DNA of 64,000 nt. It comes from an uncultured Nanoarchaeota archaeon (GTDB lineage Archaea > Nanobdellota > Nanobdellia > Pacearchaeales > GW2011-AR1). Numbering within the stretch: position 1 is the stretch's first letter; each line of letters starts with the position of its first letter. The position numbers and the translations under genes are program-made. Positions 1 to 9,642 of this stretch are shown one piece after another. The notes under the pieces were generated by a model. The model had not been told where the DNA came from. It ran no database searches and worked only from the letters and a program-made list of their open reading frames with translations. The stretch lies in assembly GCA_963779925.1 (NCBI GenBank), contig CAVZZS010000011.1, positions 34,974-98,973 of the forward strand. Direction: 5' to 3'.

Positions 1-1
1 A

Positions 2-1177
2 GATTTTCTATGCACTAATCCAACATTGGGAACAAATTGCGCAATGACCAAACAAACTACTTGCTTAAGCACAGCAGATCAAGTTTACTTCATAGACAGC
101 TGTGGGAATCCCGCAAATGTTTATGATGCAAGCAAAGCTAGCGATACAAATTATTGGAGCTATGTTGCAGGAACTAATGGTGTAACCTTAAATAAAGGAG
201 ATGGAGCAAACATCGAGTCACAAACAAACGGATACTGCAATTATTTTTCAGGAAGCACCTGCATGCAATATAGCAGCACAATAGACGGAAGCAAACCAAA
301 TTTGATGGGAGATAATATCTGCAGGGACGTAAACTGCAAATCAACATCAGACTCGTTCGTCCAATTGTTCAATAGCCAATATGGAAGAACACCCGCTAAC
401 GGGGAAAGCTGGTGCGGAACAGAAACTGCAAGCAGCATCACATTGGAACCGAATGGAAATCCTGGTGTTTCTTCAACAAGCATTTCAAGCTATGACAAAA
501 GCGGAAATAACCCTGGAAGCACAGAAGTTCTTTTTATATGCGCAAATGGAAAAGTAACAACACAGGTCGGTGCGAATTACAGAAATTATATTTGCATTCA
601 GAATAAAACTTCAAATGGATTTATCAGCGCAGCATTTGTCGTCAATAGATGGAATGACTGCATAGCACAGAACAGCAGCAAAAATTGCCTGAATACGGAC
701 CAGAGAGACTGCCAATGGATTACAGGAGCTAGTGTCCAGAAAGATTCTAATGGACAGCCTTTGGTTTGGGACCAGACTCAGGATTTGCTTGTTCCAAGCT
801 CCGGAGCTAGCGATACGAGGCAAGAAGCTTCATGCGTTCCAAAATATCCTTCTGGCTTTGATACATCTACATCAAACACATGCGGATCTGCAAGCAGAGT
901 ATGCTATGTAAATTACACACAATCTCCAACAGATGCAGCCACGGGATATTGGAGAGTTGATAATAGCAGTGGAGCAGTTACATGCTTAGGCAATTATAAT
1001 GATCCAAGCAAACCACAGGTACTTTCTGATTGGCAGAGTAATCTAACAAATCTTTGCAGTTCGATGGGGGACTGCGGAATAAGCATAAATTATGTCAATA
1101 CTAATGGGGCAAATGGGGTAAGCGATATTTTCAGCGTAATTTTAGGAAATACTACGGGGGAGAAATTGAGCTTATGA
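2..1177 (+). CDS. Large Cys-rich exported protein, C-terminal part (5' end outside the window)
   Basis: Frame is open from position 2 (DFLCTNPTLG...), so the TTG at 26 is not the start. More than 20 Cys, Asn/Ser/Thr-rich. Stop overlaps the next start (ATGA). Confidence 0.8.
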   Translation, partial: DFLCTNPTLGTNCAMTKQTTCLSTADQVYFIDSCGNPANVYDASKASDTNYWSYVAGTNGVTLNKGDGANIESQTNGYCNYFSGSTCMQYSSTIDGSKPNLMGDNICRDVNCKSTSDSFVQLFNSQYGRTPANGESWCGTETASSITLEPNGNPGVSSTSISSYDKSGNNPGSTEVLFICANGKVTTQVGANYRNYICIQNKTSNGFISAAFVVNRWNDCIAQNSSKNCLNTDQRDCQWITGASVQKDSNGQPLVWDQTQDLLVPSSGASDTRQEASCVPKYPSGFDTSTSNTCGSASRVCYVNYTQSPTDAATGYWRVDNSSGAVTCLGNYNDPSKPQVLSDWQSNLTNLCSSMGDCGISINYVNTNGANGVSDIFSVILGNTTGEKLSL

Positions 1178-3571
1178 TTAAAAAAAGAACATACAAAAAA
1201 GGAACAATGGCTTTAAGCCAGATATTAATTTTAATATTAGGAACAATTGCATTTACTTATATTATCGGAAGTTCAATTGGATTTGTAAGCGCTACGGAAA
1301 ATTTAGGAGATCCGTGTGTTGGAGTTGGAGATAATCCTACCTGTGCGAGTGGTTATTGTGATGGAACAGTATGTGCAGAAAGACCTGCAGCAACAATTTA
1401 TCCAGATGGCTCTCCATGTATTCTTCCTTCAAGCAGTGATCCTACTTGCTTAAGTGGATATTGTGATTCAACTTCCCGTTGCGGTATTGCACCCGCTTCT
1501 ACAAATCCCCCTGCAGTAACAAGTGGACAACCTGCAACAGCAATAACAACAACTACAACATTAATCGCAGATTTAAGCCAAGGTTGCGGAACAGATAACT
1601 CAAAATGCCAAAGCGGAATATGCATCTCTGATACTTGTGTCCCCTCATCGAGTGGTAATACTAATATTTCAGGATTATTAACTGTTACAGCAGGAGGATT
1701 AAACTCAACTACTCCGGCGACACCCGTTGATTGGGGTAAAATTGGAGGAATAGTTGTGTCTCTTATAAAAGACATAGGAATTGCTGCGGGAGCCGCTGCA
1801 GCAGTTTATGCTGGTCTTCAATGGCTTAAAGCTACATTAGGAGTAACACCAGGAAGCCAGTGGAATTATTTGTATACTGGAGCTCAATTTATAGCAACAG
1901 GGGCAGTATTTGGTGCACTCGCTATACCAAGCGTTTTAACTGACTTAGGTGTTACTGCAGCTTCAGCAGGTTTTTGGGGATCTGCATTAGGCGGAGGATT
2001 AATCGGAGCAGGGTTAGCATTAATTGCTTATTTGGCATTATATAAAACTACAAAGATAGATGCCGTCCTCGTGAATTGCGTTCCATGGCAAGCACCAACA
2101 GGAGGAAATGACTGCGCTAAATGTGGGCAGAATGGATTGCCTTGTACAGCTTATCAGTGCACTAGTTTAGGTCAGGCTTGCAAATTAGAAAATGGCCAGA
2201 CAGGTCAAGGCAAACCGATATGCGTATGGGCAGATCCACATGATATAGTTCCTCCTACAATGACTTTCTTGAATGTGCTGCCAAGCGGCGTATACTTACT
2301 CTCCATTAACCGCTACCTATCCCGGAGATACGGGAGTATTAATACAATCAGGCCAAAATGGCGGAAAGATCCCCCCCTATACAGCATTGACTCTCGGAAT
2401 TACAACGGACAAAGCTTCACAATGTAAAATAGATCTTGTAAGGCAAGATTCTTACGCTAATATGAGCCTTACAATGTTAGGAGGAATAGATGGGACAGAA
2501 GGAATGGTAGGATATAACCACACTATAAGTATTCCTATTTTCCCAACAACATCAAGTACAAGCGTGGCAGTACAAAATAGCGGACTAGCCAATGTGTATA
2601 TACGATGTCAGAATGCAAACGGATATTCCGATGTCAATGCATTTGATATGCAGTTCAATGTTGACACAACTCCAGATAGAACAGCTCCTCAAATTATGGG
2701 AGAGAGCATATTGAACGGAGCTCCAATACCATTTGGAACTACTTCAACCAGCGTTAATGTTTATGTAAACGAGCCAGTAAGCGGATGCAAGTGGAGCCAT
2801 AATAATTATGCTTACAGCAATATGGAAAATAATATGACCTGCAATAATAATATCATGAACAGTAAGGGGACATATGCGGGTACATTCACATGCATTGCAA
2901 ATCTCGACGGATTAAAGAACGGAATAGAGAATGATTATTACTTCGCATGCAATGATACAAGCGGAAATGTAGATACCCAGACTTACAAATATGACTTAAT
3001 GGGAACACAGCCCCTAGTAATAAGCTCTGTAAGCCCAACCAATGGGACGCTAATACAAGACTCTACTAACAGCATCAAAGCAACATTAAATGTGCAGACA
3101 AATGCCGGACAGAATCAGGGGCAGGCGACATGCTATTACAGTAGCAGCGGAAATCCAGGAAGCTATTTGCAATTCTCAAATACAAATTCATACCAGAGCT
3201 CTCAGGATTTATGGCTTCCTACAGGAGCTTATACCTATTACATAAAGTGTATTGATCTCGGAGGAAATGCTGCTTATTCATCATTAAATTTCAACGTCCA
3301 ATCAGTAACTCAGCCTCCAAATATAGTCAGGGCTACACATGACGGAACAAATTTAGATATACAGACAAGCACCAATGCTACATGTGTTTATGATATTGTT
3401 GATTGCACATATGCTTTCACAGATGGAACATCCATGTCGACATCAGACGGCATAACACAATCGACAACTTGGGTTGCTGGAAGAACCTACTACATAAAGT
3501 GCCAGGATTCATTCGGAAATCAGCCTGCACCAAACAGCTGCAGCATAATCTTAAGTCCTTCCCAAGTTTAA
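1174..3571 (+). CDS. Large Cys-rich surface protein (~798 aa once one frameshift near 2290 is corrected): class III-like signal, Cys repeats, Gly-rich hydrophobic segment, beta-rich Ig-like C-terminus
   Basis: ORFs 1174..2427 and 2273..3571 join as ...NVLPSG/YTYSPLTATYPG... if one base is removed at 2287-2290. N-terminus KKG|TMALSQILILILG. Confidence 0.75.
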
Positions 3572-3621
3572 GTTCTGATTACCGAGGGAAAGATTGCAGA
3601 TACAACACATTCTTCTAAAAA

Positions 3622-3629
3622 TTTATAAG
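3622..3629 (+). promoter_or_regulatory. TATA box for the pilin-like gene run
   Basis: TTTATAAG ending ~22 nt before the ATG at 3651; no SD, so probably leaderless. Confidence 0.55.
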
Positions 3630-3650
3630 CTTTATTCTGTTATTTTAATC

Positions 3651-4082
3651 ATGAATAAAAGAGGACAGATACAGCTTTCTTTCGGAATGATTTTTTCAAT
3701 AATACTAATCATCGTTTTTATCGCATTCGCAATTTATGCGATAATACAATTTCTCGGGCTTCAGAACAGCATCAAAATAAATACATTTTACAGCACGCTG
3801 CAAGGCGATGTAAACACGATCTGGAACTCTGCACAAGCCACTCAAGCGAAGTCATATAACTTGCCAAGTTCGATAAAAGAAATTTGCTTTACTAATACCG
3901 GAAGCGAGAATCTGATAATATATACCGACAATAACCGCCCACAGAGCAGCCATAATATCGACAATCTGAATATCACGGCAATGACCGCCCAGGGAGAACC
4001 TTGCTTCAATGTAATCAAGGACCAAGTGAATTTTGTTCTTCAGAAAAATTTTGGAGACACATTAGTAACGATCAGAAAATAA
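3651..4082 (+). CDS. Pilin-like protein with class III signal peptide
   Basis: MNKRG|QIQLSFGMIFSIILIIVFIAFAIYAII; the ATG at 3651 is preferred over the ORF-track TTG at 3594. Confidence 0.75.
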   Translation: MNKRGQIQLSFGMIFSIILIIVFIAFAIYAIIQFLGLQNSIKINTFYSTLQGDVNTIWNSAQATQAKSYNLPSSIKEICFTNTGSENLIIYTDNNRPQSSHNIDNLNITAMTAQGEPCFNVIKDQVNFVLQKNFGDTLVTIRK

Positions 4083-4083
4083 A

Positions 4084-5041
4084 ATGAGAATGAAAAGAGG
4101 ATTTTTGGAAATTTCTTTTGCCTGGCTTTTTGCAATTATCGCGGGGGCAGTGATATTGGCGCTTGCAATTTTTGCAGCAACAAAAATAATCAATATAGGG
4201 CAATATGCTACGGGGGCCCAGACCCAAAATGAGATTGCAGTCTTGCTTAATCCTTTAGAGACCAGCTTCCAGGAAGGGCCAGGTAACATCCATCGGAATA
4301 TCCGGAGACACAAGAATCTACAATCAATGCGATGGCACAAGCGGAATATTCGGAAATCAGATCATAAGCACTTCGCAGCAAAATTTCGGCAAATGGTCAA
4401 CGCCGACAAATGGCGCGGCATTCGAGAATAAGTATATCTTCTCTAACAATATAGTGGAAGGCCAGCAATTCTTTCTTTTCTCAAAGCCATTTGATTTTCC
4501 TTTCAAAGTATCTGATGTTATCTACATGACTTCTTCATTGACCAACTATTGCTTTGTAAATCCTCCTTCAGCAATTCAGGATGAATTATCCAGCCTGAAT
4601 GAAAACAATATACTATTGGAAAATGATACTACTTCATGTCCTACTTCAAGCTTGAAGGTTTGCTTCTCTGGAGAAAATTGCGATGTAAATGTAGATTACG
4701 TCAAGGGGATAGTAAGCAAAAGCAGCAATAACAGCACAGTTCTGTTTTACAGTGATGCCCTTATGTACGGAGCTATTTTCTCAGATAAGACTGTTTACGA
4801 ATGCCAGCTTAACAGACTGATGGAAAGAGAGGCCCAGCTTTCTTCACTTTATATTGACAAAGCCAATACACTTGCCAAGATTGGATGCAGTTCGAATCTC
4901 GTCTCTGATTTGACACAGTTAAGCAGCTCCTCAAATTCTTTTTCAAATTCCGCAGATCTCAACGGGATTATAACCCTTGTAAATAAATTACAGCAAGAGA
5001 ATGACATGTCGGGCGGAGGCAATTCGTGCAAACTTTGGTAA
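4084..5041 (+). CDS. Pilin-like protein with class III signal peptide (~318 aa once one frameshift near 4277 is corrected)
   Basis: MRMKRG|FLEISFAWLFAII. Removing one base at 4276-4280 gives ...ETSFQEGQVTSIGISGDTRIYNQC...NKYIFSNNIVEGQQFFLF, continuous with ORF 4454..5041. Confidence 0.75.
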
Positions 5042-5042
5042 A

Positions 5043-5558
5043 ATGAATAAAAAGGGGCAATTAAAGATACAGCAAATGATCATTATGCTACTTGCAGTCA
5101 CCTTGTTTTTTGTTTTGGCCGGAATGCTCGTGCTTGTTACACAAGTCTCCGGCTTGAAAGCAAAAGCAACAATAATACAATCGGACAATGCAAAACTCCT
5201 CGTCTCTAAAATTGCTGATTCTCCGGAATTCTCATGCGGAGCAAGCTTCGGAACGGAAACGGGCTCATGCATTGATGCAGACAAAATCATAAATTTGAAA
5301 AGCAGCATAAGCAAATATGGGAATGGAAATTTCTGGGGGGTCCAGGGGCTCCAGATAAGAAAAATTTATCCAGAAAATAACGGAACAGAATGCACTTCAT
5401 CTACCTTTCCAAATTGCGACACAATCACTTTAATACCAAGCAGTAATGGAACAGGCGTGTCCAATTTTGTTTCTTTATGCGGGCAATATAATGTGAATGG
5501 ACAAATAGATTCAAGATGCGATCTAGCTAAAATAATTGTAGTCTACCAAGGAGCATGA
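5043..5558 (+). CDS. Pilin-like protein with class III signal peptide
   Basis: MNKKG|QLKIQQMIIMLLAVTLFFVL; ATG lies 1 nt after the previous stop; six Cys. Confidence 0.75.
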   Translation: MNKKGQLKIQQMIIMLLAVTLFFVLAGMLVLVTQVSGLKAKATIIQSDNAKLLVSKIADSPEFSCGASFGTETGSCIDADKIINLKSSISKYGNGNFWGVQGLQIRKIYPENNGTECTSSTFPNCDTITLIPSSNGTGVSNFVSLCGQYNVNGQIDSRCDLAKIIVVYQGA

Positions 5559-6040
5559 TATTTAATAAAAAAGCACAGGAGGAAATGGTCGGATTTGCAT
5601 TGATCATAATAATAGTAGCAGTAATATTATTAGTCTTTCTCGGATTCTTTTTGAGCAAACCTACCAGTCAGACTGTGCAAAGTTATGAAGCAGACAGTTT
5701 TGTAAGCTCTATGCTTAAATACAGCACGCAATGCCAGGATTATTATGGCTATATTTCCGTTACAGACCTGATTTTTATGTGCAATTCCGGCACTTTATGC
5801 AATGATAATGAAGATCCTTGCGCGGTCTTAAATTCTACTTTAAGCGGAATATTAAGCCATAGCTGGATTATTGGGCAAGGAAGTTCAATAAAAGGGTATT
5901 CTCTGAACATAAGTTCAAGCAATGGAGAGATCTACTCTATAAAAGCGGGCAATATAACTTCCAGTTCAGAAGGCTCTTCTCAGGATCTGCCTCCAAAAGA
6001 AGGAGTTTCGGTAAATGTACTCTTTAATGCTTATTCTTAG
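5555..6040 (+). CDS. Pilin-like protein with class III signal peptide
   Basis: MIFNKKA|QEEMVGFALIIIIVAVILLVFL; ATGA overlap with the upstream gene. Confidence 0.75.
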   Translation: MIFNKKAQEEMVGFALIIIIVAVILLVFLGFFLSKPTSQTVQSYEADSFVSSMLKYSTQCQDYYGYISVTDLIFMCNSGTLCNDNEDPCAVLNSTLSGILSHSWIIGQGSSIKGYSLNISSSNGEIYSIKAGNITSSSEGSSQDLPPKEGVSVNVLFNAYS

Positions 6041-6043
6041 GTA

Positions 6044-6397
6044 CTACAATTTAACCCAGATATTTAATGTATCTACTACAATTACTGGCCTTAATCTCTT
6101 TCTTTTTTTAGATGATTCTTCCTTGAGTTCTATAAAGCCAAATTTCTTTAGAAGCTTAACATCATCACTTACAGCCTTGAAACTTCTGCCTAGCTTCTTA
6201 GCAAGCTCATAGATCGAAGAAGGATTTTGCGTTTTAATGGTGTTCAATATTCTTGCCTTTTCATTGCTGAATATCTGCCTTAGAGAAGAAACATTCTCGA
6301 GACTATAGTTTTTTGAAGAACCGGGCTTAAATATAGAAAAAGCCCCCTTAGATTGAATGATTGAAATCTCCTTTATTTTTGTCTTTTCTTTAGCCAT
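6044..6397 (-). CDS. Winged-HTH transcriptional regulator (HVO_A0114-like)
   Basis: PSSIYELAKKLGRSFKAVSDDVKLLKKFGFI helix-turn-helix followed by wing RLRP. Confidence 0.75.
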   Translation of the reverse strand: MAKEKTKIKEISIIQSKGAFSIFKPGSSKNYSLENVSSLRQIFSNEKARILNTIKTQNPSSIYELAKKLGRSFKAVSDDVKLLKKFGFIELKEESSKKRKRLRPVIVVDTLNIWVKL

Positions 6398-6560
6398 TTT
6401 TAACTCAATTTTTCTCTTAAGAGGATAGTAGTTATTTCTATTTATATAATAATATAATATACATTCTATTTATATATTTTTTTATTAATCATATTTACAG
6501 TTAAATAATTCCGCATATTTACATAAAGCATTATTTTGTATTTACCGTCTAATAGTGTCA

Positions 6561-6820
6561 AAGTATTTATAAATAAAACCTCCAAAATGAGCAGGTTTGA
6601 AATAGACCGAAAAATCAGGATAGCAAGGTTTTTAAAGAAAATTTGACAAAGATATATTACACCCTTACAGGTGTTCTTAGTGGGGACTAAAAGAAAGATG
6701 AAAATGAATATAACAAATTTATGTATGCTCACCCAACAAAGTAGTTTTACCCCACAACTCTTTGAACGGATGAAGTTGCCTTCGGCAACAGATTATATTA
6801 TTGAAAGGAGGTTTAATTAA
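6561..6820 (+). promoter_or_regulatory. S-layer gene promoter(s), long structured 5' leader and strong SD
   Basis: TATA-like elements at 6566-6575 and 6629-6637; hairpins at 6659-6674, 6677-6690 and 6775-6789; AGGAGGT at 6806-6812. Confidence 0.6.
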
Positions 6821-9526
6821 ATGAGATTTAACTTTAAGAAAATCGCAGCAATAGGAGCTAGCGTATTATTAGCAGGTATGACATCAGGCTTTGCCGCTGC
6901 AGCTGCTTTCCCTGCACCTTTCGTGCAGAATGGAGTAGCTAATGTAGCAATTGTCTATGGTACTGGCGCAGGAGTTTCTCCTCTGGATGTGGTTCAGGCA
7001 GGAAATATCCAGTCTGCATTACAAACATATGTAGGAACAACATCTAGTGGTTCTACCACTATTATCCCTGCAAGCGGAGAAATTGCAACTTTAGATACAA
7101 CTGCATCAAGAATTTGGTTAAATGCGTCTTTAAACAGCGTTAATCAGGTTTTCACAAACTTGAATATGCCAAATACTCTTGCCGTTACTAACTTTGCAGG
7201 TACTCCAAATGTTCAGGTTTCCCCATCTATAGTTATTGGATCCGGTTTAACTGCTGGAGCAGATAACTCTGGTAAGGTTATCCTTACAAAACAGCCAGGT
7301 TCATCTAATGACCCTATGGTTAAGGTAAGTATTGGAACAGTGGCTACAACTCCACTTTACAATACAACTATAACTTTCAGCCAGCCAGTCAACTTTACAG
7401 ATGCAGGTTCACAAGGACAAGTTCTTACTTTGTTCGGACAACCTTGGACTGTTGCTAGTAGTTCATCAGCTTCAAACGGACTAGTATTATTCGGAGCTGC
7501 ACAAACAGTAACCTTAGCTCAAGGATCAGGAGGCGCTTCAAGCGCAACTGTATCTATAAATGGAACTTCTCACACAGTTTCATTGGCTAATGTTGGTACA
7601 ACCACAGCATACATCTCTGTTGATGGAAGCAGCACACAGGCAATAACCGCAGGTTCATCCAAATTGATAAATGGAGTGAATATTGCAGTTACAAATGTCG
7701 CATCTTCCACTGCAGGCGGTAACACTGCTACAGTTTTAGTTGGAGCAAACCAATTAAGTTTCCTTGATGGGCAAGCTGTACAAATAGGTACAAACAATAA
7801 TCAGATACCAGGTACATATGTCTCCTTCCAAGGAGGTAGTGTATCTGCTTTGTCTAAATTGACTATTGGCGTATTCGCACCAAGTACACTTAATAATGTA
7901 ATCAATCCAGGTTCATCATTTGTTGACCCTGTATTTGGAGGATTCCAAGTTGCATTCGGCGGATTAGTAGGATCTGGAAATTATACTTCCCCTGGAAGTG
8001 TAGTTGTTTCAAACTCCGGTAACAGCGCCATGCAGATTGCATTTACAAACTGGAACTCTAATAAGGCATCATTTGTATTTGCTTACAACCAGACATCTGG
8101 AGGTACAAGCTATTACAATTTGTCAGATTCAAATGGAAATTCAATTTATCCATATGAACAAGCAAATTTGTCATTGAATCAGTACACACAAATAGGTACT
8201 GCAAACTATGGACATATGCTTCAATTGACAAGCGTTGTAAATAATACAAATGGACTTAACAACAAAGTTACGTTTAACGATGTAATGAGCGGTGTTTCAT
8301 ACACAGCAACAGCTGCATCGGGTGCTACAACAGCAACCTTGACGGTTGATGGAAGACAGTATACTATAACTTATGGTGGATCGGGATCAAGTGCTTGGGC
8401 TTGGATAAAATATCCAACAACAGATTCTCCAAGTACAACGACATCAGAGATATTGTATCCAACAATACAGACACAGAATGGAGCACAGATAGAGTTCTAT
8501 ACACCATTAAACATCAGTTTAAATGGTACATATTCTGGTGGTAACTCAATTGTTACTAATTCAGGAAATGTAAGCAACTTCTATCTTCCAAATGGCAATC
8601 AGAACGGGTTAACAGTTGAAGCTGTTATACCAGTTAGTGGTTTAGCCGGTATCTGGCAGAACTGGACTATTGGTGGAAGTACACTTTCAAATACCAGTAA
8701 TGCAACTGTAACAGTTGGTAGACTTACTTATGTATTCTATCAGCCAAATTCAGTTTCGTTTAATGCAACAAGTGTCGCATTATTGCAGCCTGGAAATACA
8801 ACTGCACTACAGATCTTACTACAGCCTTCTATAGTAGACCTTGAAGGAAAAGATGTTGGTGGATTGTATAATGCAGTAGTTTTAACAACACAGAATCCAG
8901 GTACAAACAGCAATCTTGTAGGAGTTTCATCAACTCCATACTTTACAACATCTTCTTACCAAAGCGGTTCGAAGGCATTGCAAAGCAATAACAAGCTTAC
9001 CCAATACATGGATTACATGGGAACTCTTTTGACAATTGATACAACAGTATCAGGACAGCCAATTGCAACCTTGAATAATGTAGCAGGTGCCCAACAGGCA
9101 TATGCACAATTATGGATTGGTTCAATCGGTTCATCTGTTTCAACATCAGGTGGTTCAAGCAGTTCACTAGGACAAATCCTTGTAAAGGATTCACAGATTT
9201 CATCTGTGGCACAAAGCAATTTGATCATTGTTGGTGGAAGCTGTATTAATTCAGCAGCCGCAACATTGGTTGGAGGACCTTACTGTGGAAGTGATTGGAC
9301 AGCTGCAACAAGCGTAGGTTCTGGACAATTCTTAATCCAGAGCTTTAACTCGACATTTGACCTTCCAACAGGAAATGCAATAGCATTACTTGTTGCTGGT
9401 TACGACACTCCGGATACTCTAAGTGCTGCAACTTACTTAGTAAACCAGAAGCCAGATACTTCTATGGGTACTAAATGGGTTGGAACAACTTCAACGAGTA
9501 CGGTAACAAACGTAACTGGTCACTAA
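6821..9526 (+). CDS. S-layer protein
   Basis: N-terminus MRFNFKKIAAIGAS...FPAPFV...AIVYG and C-terminus NLIIVGGSCINSAAA...LLVAGY match the Methanococcales-type S-layer N/C domains. Thr/Ser/Gly/Asn-rich with many N-x-S/T sequons; strong SD. Confidence 0.85.
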   Translation: MRFNFKKIAAIGASVLLAGMTSGFAAAAAFPAPFVQNGVANVAIVYGTGAGVSPLDVVQAGNIQSALQTYVGTTSSGSTTIIPASGEIATLDTTASRIWLNASLNSVNQVFTNLNMPNTLAVTNFAGTPNVQVSPSIVIGSGLTAGADNSGKVILTKQPGSSNDPMVKVSIGTVATTPLYNTTITFSQPVNFTDAGSQGQVLTLFGQPWTVASSSSASNGLVLFGAAQTVTLAQGSGGASSATVSINGTSHTVSLANVGTTTAYISVDGSSTQAITAGSSKLINGVNIAVTNVASSTAGGNTATVLVGANQLSFLDGQAVQIGTNNNQIPGTYVSFQGGSVSALSKLTIGVFAPSTLNNVINPGSSFVDPVFGGFQVAFGGLVGSGNYTSPGSVVVSNSGNSAMQIAFTNWNSNKASFVFAYNQTSGGTSYYNLSDSNGNSIYPYEQANLSLNQYTQIGTANYGHMLQLTSVVNNTNGLNNKVTFNDVMSGVSYTATAASGATTATLTVDGRQYTITYGGSGSSAWAWIKYPTTDSPSTTTSEILYPTIQTQNGAQIEFYTPLNISLNGTYSGGNSIVTNSGNVSNFYLPNGNQNGLTVEAVIPVSGLAGIWQNWTIGGSTLSNTSNATVTVGRLTYVFYQPNSVSFNATSVALLQPGNTTALQILLQPSIVDLEGKDVGGLYNAVVLTTQNPGTNSNLVGVSSTPYFTTSSYQSGSKALQSNNKLTQYMDYMGTLLTIDTTVSGQPIATLNNVAGAQQAYAQLWIGSIGSSVSTSGGSSSSLGQILVKDSQISSVAQSNLIIVGGSCINSAAATLVGGPYCGSDWTAATSVGSGQFLIQSFNSTFDLPTGNAIALLVAGYDTPDTLSAATYLVNQKPDTSMGTKWVGTTSTSTVTNVTGH

Positions 9527-9539
9527 GCTGACAAAAAAA

Positions 9540-9567
9540 TTTTATTTTTTTCTTTTTCTTTTTTTTT
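9540..9567 (+). terminator. Oligo-T terminator of the S-layer gene
   Basis: Long T-rich tract just after the stop. Confidence 0.6.
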
Positions 9568-9642
9568 AACAACCTGGCGAGAGCTAGATTTATAGACGTG
9601 AAAACCAATAAAGTTATAAATGACAAAAAATAAAAAATAGCT

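Noticed and set aside
2290..2427. C-terminal tails of ORFs 1174..2427 and 4084..4431 as real protein ends
   Set aside because: Their composition changes abruptly; they are out-of-frame run-ons after the frameshifts.
6466..6732. 88-aa minus-strand ORF in the S-layer upstream region
   Set aside because: AT-rich, no recognisable motif, and it overlaps the promoter and leader of the S-layer gene.
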